Made by a program: the position numbers and the translations under genes. The notes beneath the pieces are model-generated. The model was not told where the DNA came from. It saw only the letters and a list, made by a program, of their open reading frames with translations, and did not search any database. A DNA stretch of 64,000 nucleotides, from NCBI RefSeq assembly GCF_013315695.1, contig NZ_CP054353.1, one strand, 5' to 3'. Shown piece by piece: positions 49,152 through 63,020 of this stretch (position 1 is its first letter; each line of letters opens with the position of its first letter). Source of the DNA: Escherichia coli (GTDB taxonomy: Bacteria; Pseudomonadota; Gammaproteobacteria; Enterobacterales; Enterobacteriaceae).

Positions 49152-50492
49152 TTAACGCACCATGCACGGGCGCTTGTTATCAAACGTCCAGCCAGGAATC
49201 AGGTACTGCATTCCCATCGCATCGTCACGCGCGCCAAGCCCGTGTTTCTGATACAGCTCGTGGGCTTTCATCACCTGATCCATATCGATTTCTACGCCCA
49301 ATCCTGGTTTTTGCGGCACCTGTACCAGCCCGCCTTTGATCTCAAACGGTTCTTTGGTCAGACGCTGATTGCCTTCCTGCCAGATCCAGTGCGTATCAAT
49401 AGCAGTAATTTTACCCGGTGCAGCAGCGGCTACATGGGTAAACATCGCCAGGGAAATATCGAAGTGGTTGTTAGAGTGTGAACCCCAGGTCAGGCCAAAT
49501 TCATGGCACATTTGCGCCACACGTACCGAACCTTGCATCGTCCAGAAATGCGGATCCGCCAGCGGGATATCAACGGATTGCAGGGAGAGCGTATGGCCCA
49601 TCTGCCGCCAGTCGGTGGCGATCATATTGGTTGCGGTCGGCAGGCCTGTCGCGCGACGGAACTCTGCCATCACTTCACGCCCGGAGAAACCTTGCTCCGC
49701 ACCACACGGATCTTCTGCATAAGCCAGCGAACCTTTCAGGTATGTACCAATTTTAATCGCTTCGTTCAGCGACCAGGCACCGTTAGGATCGAGGGTAATA
49801 CGCGCCTGTGGGAAGCGTTGCGCCAGTGCCACAATAGATTCTGCTTCTTCTTCCCCGGCCAGTACACCGCCCTTCAGTTTGAAATCGTTGAAGCCATATT
49901 TTTCATATGCCGCTTCCGCCAGGCGCACCACCGCATCCGGCGTCATCGCTTCTTCGTGACGCAGGCGATACCAGTCACATTGATCATCCGGCTGGCTTTG
50001 ATACGGCAGCGGTGTGGCTTTGCGATTACCGACGAAGAACAGATAACCGAGCATTTCGACTTCGCTACGCTGTTGACCATCGCCCAGCAGCGATGCCACG
50101 TTAACCCCCAGATGCTGCCCCAGCAGATCCAGCATTGCCGCTTCTATCCCGGTAACCACATGAATAGTGGTCCGCAGGTCAAATGTCTGCAAACCGCGCC
50201 CGCCGGCATCACGATCGGCAAATGTATTACGCACCAGCGTCAGAACGTTTTTGTATTCACCCAGCGTTTTACCCACCACCAGCGGAATCGCATCTTCCAG
50301 CGTTTTACGGATTTTCTCGCCGCCGGGAATTTCCCCTACCCCAGTGTGACCAGAATTATCTTTGATAATCACAATATTACGCGTGAAGAACGGTGCGTGT
50401 GCACCACTCAGATTCATCAGCATACTGTCATGGCCCGCCACCGGGATGACCTGCATTTCAGTAACAACAGGCGTCGAAAATTGAGAACTCAT
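49152..50492 (-). CDS. gudD: Glucarate dehydratase GudD
   Basis: 446 aa from [23 protein letters not shown]; enolase superfamily. Confidence 0.9.
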   Translation of the reverse strand: MSSQFSTPVVTEMQVIPVAGHDSMLMNLSGAHAPFFTRNIVIIKDNSGHTGVGEIPGGEKIRKTLEDAIPLVVGKTLGEYKNVLTLVRNTFADRDAGGRGLQTFDLRTTIHVVTGIEAAMLDLLGQHLGVNVASLLGDGQQRSEVEMLGYLFFVGNRKATPLPYQSQPDDQCDWYRLRHEEAMTPDAVVRLAEAAYEKYGFNDFKLKGGVLAGEEEAESIVALAQRFPQARITLDPNGAWSLNEAIKIGTYLKGSLAYAEDPCGAEQGFSGREVMAEFRRATGLPTATNMIATDWRQMGHTLSLQSVDIPLADPHFWTMQGSVRVAQMCHEFGLTWGSHSNNHFDISLAMFTHVAAAAPGKITAIDTHWIWQEGNQRLTKEPFEIKGGLVQVPQKPGLGVEIDMDQVMKAHELYQKHGLGARDDAMGMQYLIPGWTFDNKRPCMVR

Positions 50493-50512
50493 CTTTATGT
50501 CCTTTTTCAAAA

Positions 50513-51853
50513 TCAATGACGGCCGAAAACGGGACGTTTACGGTCAAAGGTCCAGCCGGGGATCAGGTACTGCATCGGGCCCGCGTCGTTACGCGCACCG
50601 CCAGGCAGACGTTTATAGGCCTCATGCGCCTTTTGTACCTGCTCCCAGTCCAGTTCCACGCCCAGACCGGGCGCATCAGGAACGGCAATTTTTCCATTTT
50701 TAATCTCCAGCGGATTTTTGGTCAGGCGACAATCGCCCTCCTGCCAAATCCAGTGGGTATCGATAGCGGTAGGATTACCCGGTGCCGCCGCGCCCACATG
50801 GGTAAACATCGCCAGAGAGATATCAAAGTGGTTATTGGAATGGCAGCCCCAGGTCAGCCCCCAGTCGTCGCAAAGCTGCGCTACGCGGACTGCACCGGAA
50901 AGCGTCCAGAAGTGCGGGTCGGCAAGTGGAATATCTACCGCATTGAGCATCACCGCATGGCCCATTTCGCGCCAGTTGGTGGCGATCATATTAGTCGCGA
51001 CGGGCAAGCCGGTCGCCCGCCGAAATTCCGCCATCACTTCACCTCCGGAGAAACCCTGTTCTGCGCCACACGGATCTTCGGCATAGGTGAGAACATCATT
51101 CAGCCCTTTGCACAGAGAAATAGCTTCATCAAGCAGCCATGCTCCGTTGGGATCAACGGTAATCCGCGCATCCGGGAAGCGTTTCTTCAATGCACGAACA
51201 GTGTCGATTTCTTGCTCGCCAGGTAACACTCCGCCCTTAAGTTTGAAATCTTTAAAGCCATAGCGATCCTGTGAAGCTTCCGCCAGACGCACAACGGCTT
51301 CGCTGTTCATCGCTTTCTGATGCCGCAATTGATACCACTCATGGTTGCCCGGCGTATTTTCCAGATAAGGAAGATCGGTTTTGGTCCGATCACCGATATA
51401 AAACAGATAACCGAGAACGGTAATAGCATCACGTTGCTTGCCTGGCCCTAACAGTTCGCAGACCGGAACATTCAGCGCCTTACCTAGCAGGTCAAGCAAG
51501 GCGGCTTCCAGCGCCGCCACGGCATTAACGCGCAATTCAAAAGTCCAGGCACCTTTGCCGAAGGTATCAAAATCGGCTGCCTGATTACCTTTATGCACCT
51601 GCTGAACCACTTTATTCAGGCGCGCAACTTCCTGGCCCAGCACCATCGGAATAGCCTCGACCAGTGTCTGATAAATCACCTCTCCGCCCGGCGCTTCACC
51701 AATGCCGGTATGCCCGGCGTTATCGGTGAGTACCACAATATTGCGGGTGAAATATGCGTTATGTGCACCACCAATATTAAGCAACATGCTATCGTGCCCG
51801 GCGACCGGAATGACTTTCATATCAGTAATAACAGGACTGGATTGTGTCGTCAT
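50513..51853 (-). CDS. gudX: Glucarate dehydratase-related protein GudX
   Basis: 446 aa paralog of GudD. Confidence 0.9.
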   Translation of the reverse strand: MTTQSSPVITDMKVIPVAGHDSMLLNIGGAHNAYFTRNIVVLTDNAGHTGIGEAPGGEVIYQTLVEAIPMVLGQEVARLNKVVQQVHKGNQAADFDTFGKGAWTFELRVNAVAALEAALLDLLGKALNVPVCELLGPGKQRDAITVLGYLFYIGDRTKTDLPYLENTPGNHEWYQLRHQKAMNSEAVVRLAEASQDRYGFKDFKLKGGVLPGEQEIDTVRALKKRFPDARITVDPNGAWLLDEAISLCKGLNDVLTYAEDPCGAEQGFSGGEVMAEFRRATGLPVATNMIATNWREMGHAVMLNAVDIPLADPHFWTLSGAVRVAQLCDDWGLTWGCHSNNHFDISLAMFTHVGAAAPGNPTAIDTHWIWQEGDCRLTKNPLEIKNGKIAVPDAPGLGVELDWEQVQKAHEAYKRLPGGARNDAGPMQYLIPGWTFDRKRPVFGRH

Positions 51854-51854
51854 C

Positions 51855-53207
51855 TTATTGCCCCGCGACAGGTTTCAGCTCGATACGCTTGATATCGCCC
51901 ACCAGCACCAGGTAGCTCAGTACCGCGATTAAGGCATGAACACCAACATAAATCAGCGCCCCATTAAAGGAGCCAGTCGTGCCAACGATATAACCAATTG
52001 CGATTGGCGTGACGATGCCAGAAATGTTACCAAACATGTTGAACAGGCCACCGGAAAGACCGCTGATCTCTTTTGGCGCAGTATCAGCCATTACAGCCCA
52101 ACCCAGCGCCCCGATCCCCTTACCGAAGAAGGCCAGCGCCATAAAGCCGATGATCATCCACTCAACGTTGACGTAGTTGCAGAACACCATCACCATCGAC
52201 AGCAACATGCCCATTACGATCGGTGTTTTACGCGCAATGTTCAGCGATCCCGTGCGGCGCATCAGCCAGTCGGAAATAATCCCACCCAGCACACCGCCGA
52301 TAAAACCGCAAACCGCCGGAACGGAAGCCACAAAGCCCGCTTTCAGAATCGACATCCCACGCGCCTGCACCAGATAAACCGGAAACCAGGTAATGAAAAA
52401 GTAAGTCAGGGCGTTGATACAGTACTGACCGATATAAACGCCGATCATCATCCGTGACCCGAGCAGCTGTTTGATCTGCCCCCACTTCACGCTGAACGGC
52501 ACTTTAACTTTGGTGTTTTGCTGATCCATATTGATCAGCGCGCCACCCGCGGCGATGTACTCCAGCTCTTTCTGATTTACACCCGGATGTTGATTTGGCT
52601 CGTGGATGACTTTCAACCAGATAAAGCTGATGACAATGCCCAGACCGCCCATAAAGAAAAAGACGTGTGACCAGCCCACTTCATGCGTCAGCCAGCCCAT
52701 AATCGGCGCGAAGATCACCGTTGCGAAGTATTGAGCGGAGTTAAAAATCGACACCGCCGTTCCCCTTTCCTGCGCCGGAAACCAGGCCGCAACAATGCGA
52801 CTGTTGCCGGGGAAAGAGGGCGCTTCAGCAAGCCCGACCAGGAAGCGCAGCGTAAACAGGGCAACGATAATGCCGAATCCACTAAAGATATCGACGAAGC
52901 CTTGCAGCAAGGTAAACATCGACCAGATAAAGATCGACCAGAAGTAGACGCGTTTTGAACCAAAACGATCCAGCAACCAACCACCAGGGATCTGCCCGAT
53001 AACATAAGCCCATGAGAAAGCAGAGAACACATAGCCCATTCCCACAGGATCAAGGCCGATATCTTTGGCCATTTCCGAACCGGCGATAGAGAGCGTAGCG
53101 CGGTCGCCGTAGTTGAAGGATGTGACGATAAACAACATCACCACTATCCAGTAACGAGCATTCGTGCGTTTTTCCACACTGCTCGCAGCCTGACTTAAAG
53201 AACTCAT
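51855..53207 (-). CDS. gudP: Glucarate/galactarate MFS transporter GudP
   Basis: 450 aa, 12-TM MFS. Confidence 0.9.
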   Translation of the reverse strand: MSSLSQAASSVEKRTNARYWIVVMLFIVTSFNYGDRATLSIAGSEMAKDIGLDPVGMGYVFSAFSWAYVIGQIPGGWLLDRFGSKRVYFWSIFIWSMFTLLQGFVDIFSGFGIIVALFTLRFLVGLAEAPSFPGNSRIVAAWFPAQERGTAVSIFNSAQYFATVIFAPIMGWLTHEVGWSHVFFFMGGLGIVISFIWLKVIHEPNQHPGVNQKELEYIAAGGALINMDQQNTKVKVPFSVKWGQIKQLLGSRMMIGVYIGQYCINALTYFFITWFPVYLVQARGMSILKAGFVASVPAVCGFIGGVLGGIISDWLMRRTGSLNIARKTPIVMGMLLSMVMVFCNYVNVEWMIIGFMALAFFGKGIGALGWAVMADTAPKEISGLSGGLFNMFGNISGIVTPIAIGYIVGTTGSFNGALIYVGVHALIAVLSYLVLVGDIKRIELKPVAGQ

Positions 53208-53641
53208 TGTTGCACTCCTGAAAATTCGCGTTAGCCACGCTCACTCTGGACTGCGACATCGCCAGGAAATCAGAGGTGACGTAGGGTGTTTTTTGCCGTT
53301 TTTATAGGTCGTTCGCCGAATGCGGCGCGTGTTTATATCTGGCAATAGCAGTATAAAAAGCGCGCCATAGCGGCTCACCGTGCAACAACACAACATTAAT
53401 GCGTTCAATGAGGCCCGATTTTGGCATTAGCCCTGGACGGTGGAATCCACTTCACGGAAATGAAAACAAGAACAAGAAAGGAAGGGTTAAAACGAAGAAA
53501 TAAAGAAGAGTATGAAATGGATCGCTTGACTCCAGGCAAACGCCAGTAAAAATCCGCACTATGAAGCAGTTTTTACTGGCATTTGCCTGAAAAGATTCGA
53601 TTCAGCACTGCTAAAACGGCATTTACCGCTTGCTGAACATA

Positions 53642-54091
53642 TCAGGACAACAGCGTGCCCCAATGTTCGACCCACGGATTTGATTCCGTTTCCGGTTCCG
53701 GGTTCTCACTGGCGTCAATCAACAGCATTTCTCCCACTCGCTGAGCGCTCTGTTCCTGCAACAAGGCATCGAACTGTTTGCCGCCATTGCAGAAATTCAC
53801 ATAACTACTGTCGCCGAGCGCAATCACGCCATAACGCAGATTCGGCTGGAAGCCCAGGGTATCTTTAATTCCCTGAAAGAGCGGCACAATGCAATCAGGA
53901 AGGTCACCCTGCCCGGTCGTGGACGTAACCACCAGAACATACTTATCCTGATAGGGCAGCCAGTCGCTTAATTCAGGATCTTCAAATACCGTTGCTTTGT
54001 GGCCCTGCGCGGTCAGAATTGCTTCCGCTTCTTCCGCCACTAACAGCGAATTTCCGTACATAGTGCCGACAAAAATACCAATTTCCGCCAT
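53642..54091 (-). CDS. yqcA: Flavodoxin YqcA
   Basis: 149 aa [15 protein letters not shown]. Confidence 0.85.
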   Translation of the reverse strand: MAEIGIFVGTMYGNSLLVAEEAEAILTAQGHKATVFEDPELSDWLPYQDKYVLVVTSTTGQGDLPDCIVPLFQGIKDTLGFQPNLRYGVIALGDSSYVNFCNGGKQFDALLQEQSAQRVGEMLLIDASENPEPETESNPWVEHWGTLLS

Positions 54092-54108
54092 ACCGTTTTC
54101 TCCCTGGA

Positions 54109-54891
54109 TTAGGAACTTATCTCTCCATCCTGACCCGATGGCGCACTGAACTCAACCCTTTCATTTTCAGGAAGCAGACCCCGCCAGCCAAATTGTGATA
54201 ACGCCTGCATCCAGGTGTCGTCCAGGCCCGCGTGAATAGTCAGCGGCTCGCCAGTAAAAGGATGCGTCAATGACAACTGACTGGCATGCAGCATTAACCG
54301 CTGAAGGCCAAAATGTTCAGCACCGCTGCGATTCTGGCGTAAATCACCATGTTTGCTGTCGCCAATAATCGGGTGGCGCAAATGGGCAAGATGGCGACGG
54401 AGCTGGTGCTTACGTCCGGTTTTCGGCTCCAGTTCCACCAGGCCGTAGCGCGTGGTCGGGTAACGTCCGGTCGCTACCGGCATTTCTACGGTCGCCAGAC
54501 CGCGATAATGCGTCACTGCTGGCTGCGGGCCTTTATCTTCGCGGGCAAATTTATCAGCGATTTTGTCCAGTTCTTCCACCAGTGGATAATCCAGCACCGC
54601 TTCTTCCATCAACCAGCCGCGCACAATCGCATGATAACGTTTCTGGATTTGGTGCTGTTCAAACTGTTGTGCCAGCAGCCGTCCGGCCTCGCTGGATAAT
54701 CCCATCAACAACACACCAGAAGTGGGTCGGTCCAGACGATGAGCAGTAAACACATGCTGGCCTATCTGGTCACGCACGGTTTGCATGACCACTACTTTCT
54801 CGTCGCGATCCAGCCAGCTGCGGTGAACCAGCCAGCCGGAGGGTTTATTTACCGCAACCAGCCATTCATCCTGATAGAGTATTTCCAGCAT
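54109..54891 (-). CDS. truC: tRNA pseudouridine65 synthase TruC
   Basis: 260 aa; RluA-family motif HRLDRPTSG. Confidence 0.9.
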   Translation of the reverse strand: MLEILYQDEWLVAVNKPSGWLVHRSWLDRDEKVVVMQTVRDQIGQHVFTAHRLDRPTSGVLLMGLSSEAGRLLAQQFEQHQIQKRYHAIVRGWLMEEAVLDYPLVEELDKIADKFAREDKGPQPAVTHYRGLATVEMPVATGRYPTTRYGLVELEPKTGRKHQLRRHLAHLRHPIIGDSKHGDLRQNRSGAEHFGLQRLMLHASQLSLTHPFTGEPLTIHAGLDDTWMQALSQFGWRGLLPENERVEFSAPSGQDGEISS

Positions 54892-55220
54892 TAGCTCGCA
54901 TCATCCGCAAAAAGAGCATCCAGTTTTTCCAGCTCAGCCAGAATAAGCGCGCGTTGCGGGTGGTCCGTCGCCAGCGCCATTTCATAATAGGGAGCAACGG
55001 CAAAAGCGCCCGGTAACGGCTGGTTGTTTTCTAACAAATCGTGCATTCGCGGGATCAGCACCCACTGCAACCACTCCAGTGGTTCCATGGTGTCCATAAA
55101 GAACGGTTGGGTACTATTAAATTGATGCGGCTGGGGTTCATCGTTTCGCCAGTGCTGATGTTCACGCAGTAACGCTTCAAGCGCCTGCAACTGGAAACGA
55201 ACGCGGTCATGAGTGGTCAT
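54891..55220 (-). CDS. yqcC: DUF446 protein YqcC
   Basis: 109 aa; overlaps truC start. Confidence 0.8.
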   Translation of the reverse strand: MTTHDRVRFQLQALEALLREHQHWRNDEPQPHQFNSTQPFFMDTMEPLEWLQWVLIPRMHDLLENNQPLPGAFAVAPYYEMALATDHPQRALILAELEKLDALFADDAS

Positions 55221-55263
55221 AAAGCAACCTCAATAAGAAAAACTGCCGCGAAGGATAGCAGGA

Positions 55264-55631
55264 ATAAAAAAAGGGAGCACTGTATTCACAGTGCTCCCGG
55301 TTCGTTTCGCAGCATTCCAGCTACTTTTGTTGCTCCCTGCTCATCCTTGACAACTTTTCCTCTGGCCTTGCGGCCAATCGTTCATCCTGAACTATTGCTT
55401 CCTGCTCACACCACCCCGATGTGATACTTCATCCTGAAGTGTCCCTGGCCTTCCTGACCCACCGAATCATCCTGACCGGTTCTCATTCTCCATCCTGGAG
55501 GTGTCCTTTAACGCGTCCTGCGTCATCCTCTTCGCTTCATCCAGAAGCCTTTCCCTGAAACACCATCCTGGTGTGTCCTTCAGAAGTGTCATCATCCTGA
55601 TGTTCACTTCGTTGTCTGACTCCCTGTCGAC
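55264..55631 (-). ncRNA. csrB: CsrB small RNA (CsrA-sequestering)
   Basis: About 368 nt; minus strand starts GTCGACAGGGAGTCAGACAACGAAGTGAACATCAGGATGATGACAC and carries many CAGGA(U/A)G repeats; terminator hairpin gggagcactgtgaatacagtgctccc plus T run. Confidence 0.9.
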
Positions 55632-55804
55632 GAAGATAGAATCGTCTTTTTCGCGAAGTCTTACAAGGCGCTTACAGACAATGCCTTAAGGAAAATTTCA
55701 TATGAAAGTTAAGAATTGACAAGCAATATATTGATTTTAAATGAAAATAACGATTCTTATCTTTTTAAGTATTCGCTTATTTCCTGGCGATCTCCTACAG
55801 AGTC

Positions 55805-55822
55805 TGTAAGAGATCTCTCACA
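55805..55822. promoter_or_regulatory. UvrY response-regulator binding inverted repeat upstream of csrB
   Basis: Palindrome tgtaagagatctctcaca about 175 bp upstream of csrB 5' end. Confidence 0.5.
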
Positions 55823-55841
55823 ACAAGATGGGGTATTTGGA

Positions 55842-56387
55842 TTACAGAAGAGGCTTAAGTTGATTAAGGAATTCCGCAAGATTTGAGGCTAAATGCGTCC
55901 GTTTGCGTGTTCCCAGCGTCTCTTTGCACACTTCACCGGAGAGATTACACACCGAGATGACCTCTAACTCTTCTTCCAGCGTCGCGATAAATAGCGTGGG
56001 CGGCAGTTTTAGCCTTTTCTGAGTCACCAGATGACCAATCAGATTTTCCTGCACCCGACGGAAGTCGTCTTCACTCCAGGTTTGCAGCAATGTCAGTTTG
56101 ATATCGCCAAACTGCGCGTGCATATCCCCGGCAAACTGAGTCGTATAAAAGGTATGAATTGTGGGTTGTATCACAATATCAAAAGCGCGTTCAACCGCGT
56201 TTACATTTTGTTCCCCGGTAAACGGCTGGGGTTGCCAGTATACGGCGTCTTCGGTGGTTGAAATAATGCACGGTGAAGGAACGCCGTACAGTTCCTCACT
56301 CAACGGCCAGCTTTTATGCTCTTCATGCCACGCATCGCAGTAGCGTGCAGTAAAATCTTTCAGGGCTTGTGCGGTCAAATCGTCCAC
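55842..56387 (-). CDS. syd: SecY-interacting protein Syd
   Basis: 181 aa [22 protein letters not shown]. Confidence 0.9.
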
Positions 56388-56454
56388 TAATTTCTCTCTT
56401 CACTTAAACCAGATACACTTGTCGTTTAGTTTATCTGGTTTATGACGGTGAAAC

Positions 56455-57303
56455 ATGTCTTCTTATGCAAACCATCAGGCACTTGCGGGCCTGACTCTTG
56501 GAAAATCAACCGATTACCGGGATACCTATGACGCCAGCCTACTGCAAGGCGTTCCGCGTAGTCTGAATCGCGATCCGCTGGGTCTGAAAGCGGATAACCT
56601 GCCTTTTCACGGTACGGATATCTGGACGCTATATGAACTTTCCTGGCTGAATGCGAAAGGTTTGCCGCAGGTCGCCGTCGGTCATGTTGAACTTGATTAC
56701 ACCAGCGCAAATCTGATTGAGTCGAAGAGTTTTAAGCTCTATCTCAACAGTTTTAACCAGACGCGTTTTAATAACTGGGATGAGGTGCGCCAGACGCTGG
56801 AGCGCGACTTAAGCACTTGCGCTCAGGGTAAGGTTAGCGTGGCGTTATATCGTCTTGATGAACTGGAAGGCCAACCGATAGGTCATTTCAATGGCACTTG
56901 CATTGATGACCAGGATATCACTATCGATAACTATGAATTCACTACTGACTATCTGGAGAATGCCACCAGTGGCGAAAAAGTAGTAGAAGAGACGCTCGTC
57001 AGCCACCTGCTGAAATCAAACTGCCTGATCACCCATCAACCAGATTGGGGATCGATCCAAATTCAGTATCGTGGACGCCAAATTGACAGAGAAAAACTGC
57101 TGCGTTACCTGGTTTCTTTCCGTCATCACAACGAGTTCCACGAACAGTGCGTGGAACGCATCTTTAATGACCTGTTACGCTTCTGCCAGCCAGAGAAATT
57201 GAGCGTTTACGCACGTTATACCCGTCGTGGCGGTCTGGACATTAACCCGTGGCGCAGTAATAGCGATTTTGTCCCATCGACCACAAGACTGGTTCGGCAA
57301 TAA
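56455..57303 (+). CDS. queF: NADPH-dependent 7-cyano-7-deazaguanine reductase QueF
   Basis: 282 aa, two-domain QueF. Confidence 0.9.
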
Positions 57304-57414
57304 ATTTTTTCTCAATTTTGCGTGCTGGATTCACGCAGAAGGTTGTGAAAGGTCATCAGGCAGGGCTATTGTAATCAAAGGGAATGACGATATTCGTCCC
57401 ATAAGGAGTTTTTC

Positions 57415-58779
57415 TTGATTACACATATTAGCCCGCTTGGCTCCATGGATATGTTGTCGCAGCTGGAAGTGGATATGCTTAAACGCACCGCCAGCAGCGA
57501 CCTCTATCAACTGTTTCGCAACTGTTCACTTGCCGTACTGAACTCCGGTAGTTTGACCGATAACAGCAAAGAATTGCTGTCTCGTTTTGAAAATTTCGAT
57601 ATTAACGTCCTGCGCCGTGAACGCGGCGTAAAGCTGGAACTGATTAATCCCCCGGAAGAGGCTTTTGTCGATGGGCGAATTATTCGCGCTTTGCAGGCCA
57701 ACTTGTTCGCGGTTCTGCGCGACATTCTCTTCGTTTACGGGCAAATCCATAACACCGTTCGTTTTCCCAACCTGAATCTCGACAACTCCGTCCACATCAC
57801 TAACCTGGTCTTTTCCATCTTGCGTAACGCTCGCGCGCTGCATGTTGGTGAAGCGCCAAATATGGTGGTCTGCTGGGGCGGGCACTCAATTAACGAAAAC
57901 GAGTATTTGTATGCCCGTCGCGTCGGGAATCAGCTGGGCCTGCGTGAGCTGAATATCTGCACCGGCTGTGGTCCGGGAGCGATGGAAGCGCCGATGAAAG
58001 GTGCTGCGGTCGGACACGCACAGCAGCGTTACAAAGACAGTCGTTTTATTGGTATGACAGAGCCGTCGATTATCGCCGCTGAACCGCCTAACCCGCTGGT
58101 CAACGAATTGATCATCATGCCGGATATCGAAAAACGTCTGGAAGCGTTTGTCCGTATCGCTCACGGTATCATTATCTTCCCTGGCGGTGTGGGTACGGCA
58201 GAAGAGTTGCTGTATTTGCTGGGAATTTTAATGAACCCGGCCAACAAAGATCAGGTTTTACCATTGATCCTCACCGGCCCGAAAGAGAGCGCCGACTACT
58301 TCCGCGTACTGGACGAGTTTGTCGTGCATACGCTGGGTGAAAACGCGCGCCGCCATTACCGCATCATCATTGATGACGCCGCAGAAGTCGCTCGTCAGAT
58401 GAAAAAATCGATGCCGCTGGTGAAAGAAAATCGCCGCGACACAGGCGATGCCTACAGCTTTAACTGGTCAATGCGCATTGCGCCAGATTTGCAAATGCCG
58501 TTTGAGCCGTCTCACGAGAATATGGCTAATCTGAAGCTTTACCCGGATCAACCCGTTGAAGTGCTGGCTGCCGACCTGCGCCGTGCGTTCTCCGGTATTG
58601 TGGCGGGTAACGTAAAAGAAGTCGGTATTCGCGCCATTGAAGAGTTTGGTCCTTATAAAATCAACGGCGATAAAGAGATTATGCGTCGTATGGATGACCT
58701 GCTACAGGGTTTTGTTGCCCAGCATCGTATGAAGTTGCCAGGCTCAGCCTACATCCCTTGCTACGAAATCTGCACGTAA
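57415..58779 (+). CDS. ppnN: Nucleotide 5'-monophosphate nucleosidase PpnN (YgdH), LOG family
   Basis: 454 aa; LOG-type motifs. Confidence 0.85.
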
Positions 58780-59334
58780 TCTCCCTCCCCCGGTGACGTT
58801 TGTTGCCGGGTTTTCTCGTTTTTGGTCACATACCCATCAATTTATTTCATTTGTTATATGAATGTTTCTTACCACCCTCACGCGATAAATATCATTATAG
58901 TTAATATGTCATACAATTTATGTTGTAACGCAAACGTTTCCCTATTTTCATAAACCACATTTTATCGCTATGAAAAAGAAATTATCGCCATGATTAACTA
59001 AAAGTATTGATTTTTTCAGTTCAACCTACATATATTGCGCGCCCCGGAAGAAGTCAGATGTCGTTTAATGGGCAAATATTGCCCTTAAATTCTCTTTTAC
59101 TTTTGATTTACAGAGTAAAGCGTTGGGATAATCTATCTTCCAAGTAGATTATTGTATTTGGGATCAAGATCACTGATAGATACATAACTTGTGTGTATCT
59201 TTCCGCCCTCAAATTATTACGGCGGTAAATGATTAAGCCATCGCCGATAGACAGATTTCATTTTTACGGTCAGGCACCTTCCCGGGCTGAACTGGCTAAA
59301 AGCTGAATTATTTGCATTCCTCCAGGAGAAATAG

Positions 59335-60624
59335 ATGGAAACGACTCAAACCAGCACGATTGCGTCGAAAGACTCTCGTAGTGCCTGGCGCAAGACAGAC
59401 ACCATGTGGATGCTGGGCCTTTACGGCACGGCAATCGGCGCGGGCGTGCTGTTCCTGCCAATCAACGCCGGTGTTGGCGGTATGATCCCGCTGATCATCA
59501 TGGCTATCCTTGCGTTCCCGATGACATTTTTTGCTCACCGCGGCCTGACTCGCTTCGTACTGTCTGGTAAAAACCCAGGCGAAGACATCACCGAGGTTGT
59601 AGAAGAACACTTTGGTATTGGCGCAGGTAAACTGATTACCCTGCTCTACTTCTTCGCTATCTACCCGATCCTGCTGGTTTATAGCGTGGCAATCACCAAT
59701 ACAGTTGAAAGCTTCATGTCTCACCAGCTGGGTATGACACCACCGCCGCGTGCGATTCTGTCGCTGATCCTGATCGTGGGTATGATGACCATCGTTCGCT
59801 TCGGTGAGCAGATGATCGTTAAAGCGATGAGCATTCTGGTATTCCCGTTTGTTGGCGTACTGATGCTGCTGGCTCTGTACCTGATCCCGCAGTGGAACGG
59901 CGCAGCACTGGAAACACTGTCTCTGGACACTGCATCTGCAACCGGAAACGGTCTGTGGATGACCCTGTGGCTGGCAATTCCGGTAATGGTGTTCTCGTTC
60001 AACCACTCTCCGATCATCTCTTCTTTCGCCGTTGCGAAGCGTGAAGAGTACGGCGATATGGCAGAACAGAAATGCTCTAAGATCCTGGCATTCGCACACA
60101 TCATGATGGTGCTGACCGTAATGTTCTTCGTCTTCAGCTGCGTACTGAGCCTGACTCCGGCAGACCTGGCTGCGGCTAAAGAGCAGAACATCTCGATTCT
60201 GTCTTACCTGGCTAACCACTTTAACGCGCCGATCATCGCGTGGATGGCTCCGATTATCGCGATTATCGCTATCACCAAATCCTTCCTCGGCCACTACCTG
60301 GGCGCACGTGAAGGCTTCAACGGTATGGTGATTAAATCTCTGCGTGGTAAAGGTAAGTCTATCGAAATCAACAAGCTGAACCGTATCACTGCGCTGTTCA
60401 TGCTGGTAACGACCTGGATTGTTGCCACCCTGAACCCGAGCATCCTGGGTATGATTGAAACCCTGGGCGGCCCAATCATCGCGATGATCCTGTTCCTGAT
60501 GCCGATGTACGCAATTCAGAAAGTACCGGCAATGCGTAAGTACAGCGGTCACATCAGCAACGTATTCGTTGTCGTGATGGGTCTGATTGCAATCTCCGCA
60601 ATCTTCTACTCTCTGTTCAGCTAA
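59335..60624 (+). CDS. sdaC: Serine:H+ symporter SdaC
   Basis: 429 aa multi-[28 protein letters not shown]. Confidence 0.95.
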   Translation: METTQTSTIASKDSRSAWRKTDTMWMLGLYGTAIGAGVLFLPINAGVGGMIPLIIMAILAFPMTFFAHRGLTRFVLSGKNPGEDITEVVEEHFGIGAGKLITLLYFFAIYPILLVYSVAITNTVESFMSHQLGMTPPPRAILSLILIVGMMTIVRFGEQMIVKAMSILVFPFVGVLMLLALYLIPQWNGAALETLSLDTASATGNGLWMTLWLAIPVMVFSFNHSPIISSFAVAKREEYGDMAEQKCSKILAFAHIMMVLTVMFFVFSCVLSLTPADLAAAKEQNISILSYLANHFNAPIIAWMAPIIAIIAITKSFLGHYLGAREGFNGMVIKSLRGKGKSIEINKLNRITALFMLVTTWIVATLNPSILGMIETLGGPIIAMILFLMPMYAIQKVPAMRKYSGHISNVFVVVMGLIAISAIFYSLFS

Positions 60625-60681
60625 GTCCTTTCGCGCCGCTTTCGGGCGGCGCTTCCTCCGTTTTAACGCGATGTATTTCCT

Positions 60682-62049
60682 ATGATTAGCGTATTCGATA
60701 TTTTCAAAATCGGCATTGGCCCTTCCAGTTCTCATACCGTTGGACCGATGAAAGCGGGTAAACAATTTACCGACGATCTGATTGCCCGTAACCTGCTTAA
60801 AGACGTGACCCGCGTGGTGGTTGACGTGTACGGCTCGCTCTCTCTGACCGGTAAAGGCCACCACACAGATATCGCCATAATTATGGGTCTGGCGGGTAAC
60901 CTGCCGGATACCGTGGATATCGATTCCATCCCTGGTTTTATTCAGGATGTGAATACTCATGGTCGCCTGATGCTGGCAAACGGTCAGCATGAAGTGGAGT
61001 TCCCGGTTGATCAGTGCATGAACTTCCATGCCGACAACCTTTCTCTGCATGAAAACGGTATGCGCATTACCGCACTGGCGGGCGATAAAGTCGTTTACAG
61101 CCAGACTTATTACTCTATCGGCGGTGGCTTTATTGTTGATGAAGAACATTTTGGTCAGCAGGATAGCGCACCGGTTGAAGTTCCTTATCCGTACAGTTCA
61201 GCAGCCGATCTGCAAAAACATTGTCAGGAAACCGGGCTGTCACTCTCTGGCCTGATGATGAAAAACGAGCTGGCGCTGCACAGCAAAGAAGAGCTGGAAC
61301 AGCACCTGGCGAACGTCTGGGAAGTCATGCGTGGCGGTATTGAGCGCGGTATTTCTACCGAAGGCGTGTTACCTGGCAAACTGCGCGTTCCACGCCGTGC
61401 TGCGGCACTACGCCGGATGCTGGTCAGCCAGGATAAAACCACCACTGACCCGATGGCGGTTGTTGACTGGATCAACATGTTTGCACTGGCAGTGAACGAA
61501 GAGAATGCTGCTGGCGGTCGTGTGGTGACTGCGCCGACTAACGGTGCGTGCGGGATTATTCCGGCCGTGCTGGCGTACTACGACAAGTTTATCCGCGAAG
61601 TGAACGCTAACTCACTGGCTCGTTACCTGCTGGTAGCCAGCGCCATTGGTTCTCTTTATAAGATGAACGCGTCGATTTCTGGTGCCGAAGTGGGTTGCCA
61701 GGGTGAAGTTGGCGTGGCGTGCTCAATGGCGGCGGCTGGTCTGGCAGAGCTGTTAGGCGCAAGCCCGGCGCAGGTGTGCATCGCGGCGGAAATCGCCATG
61801 GAGCACAACCTCGGTCTGACGTGTGATCCGGTTGCTGGACAGGTCCAGGTGCCATGCATCGAGCGTAACGCCATTGCGGCAGTAAAAGCGGTGAACGCCG
61901 CACGTATGGCACTGCGCCGTACCAGCGAGCCGCGCGTCTGCCTCGATAAAGTTATCGAAACTATGTACGAAACAGGTAAAGATATGAACGCCAAGTACCG
62001 CGAAACCTCTCGCGGCGGCCTGGCAATGAAGATCGTTGCCTGCGATTAA
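60682..62049 (+). CDS. sdaB: L-serine deaminase II SdaB
   Basis: 455 aa MISVFDIFKIGIGPSSSHTVGPM. Confidence 0.95.
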   Translation: MISVFDIFKIGIGPSSSHTVGPMKAGKQFTDDLIARNLLKDVTRVVVDVYGSLSLTGKGHHTDIAIIMGLAGNLPDTVDIDSIPGFIQDVNTHGRLMLANGQHEVEFPVDQCMNFHADNLSLHENGMRITALAGDKVVYSQTYYSIGGGFIVDEEHFGQQDSAPVEVPYPYSSAADLQKHCQETGLSLSGLMMKNELALHSKEELEQHLANVWEVMRGGIERGISTEGVLPGKLRVPRRAAALRRMLVSQDKTTTDPMAVVDWINMFALAVNEENAAGGRVVTAPTNGACGIIPAVLAYYDKFIREVNANSLARYLLVASAIGSLYKMNASISGAEVGCQGEVGVACSMAAAGLAELLGASPAQVCIAAEIAMEHNLGLTCDPVAGQVQVPCIERNAIAAVKAVNAARMALRRTSEPRVCLDKVIETMYETGKDMNAKYRETSRGGLAMKIVACD

Positions 62050-62916
<867 letters not shown>

Positions 62917-62968
62917 CGACGTGCCGGATGCAAACGATTACCAGCACATTGAATTTAATGCACTTATA

Positions 62969-63004
62969 TGCCGGATAAGACGCGGCTAGCGTCGCATCCG
63001 GCAT
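62969..63004. repeat. REP-like palindromic element
   Basis: tgccggataagacgcggctagcgtcgcatccggca. Confidence 0.5.
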
Positions 63005-63020
63005 TATCACATCAGCGCAT

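Noticed and set aside
49503-50519. 338-aa plus-strand ORF antisense to gudD
   Set aside because: Antisense shadow ORF; gudD on the minus strand is confidently identified
55264-55631. Tandemly spaced short repeats (catcctg) that could be taken for a CRISPR-like array
   Set aside because: These are the CsrA-binding GGA motifs of csrB; spacing is irregular, there are no cas genes, and the flanking sequence matches the csrB ends
59308-61149. 613-aa minus-strand ORF spanning sdaC and the start of sdaB
   Set aside because: Antisense to two well-recognised genes; His/Arg/Cys-rich composition typical of out-of-frame or antisense translation
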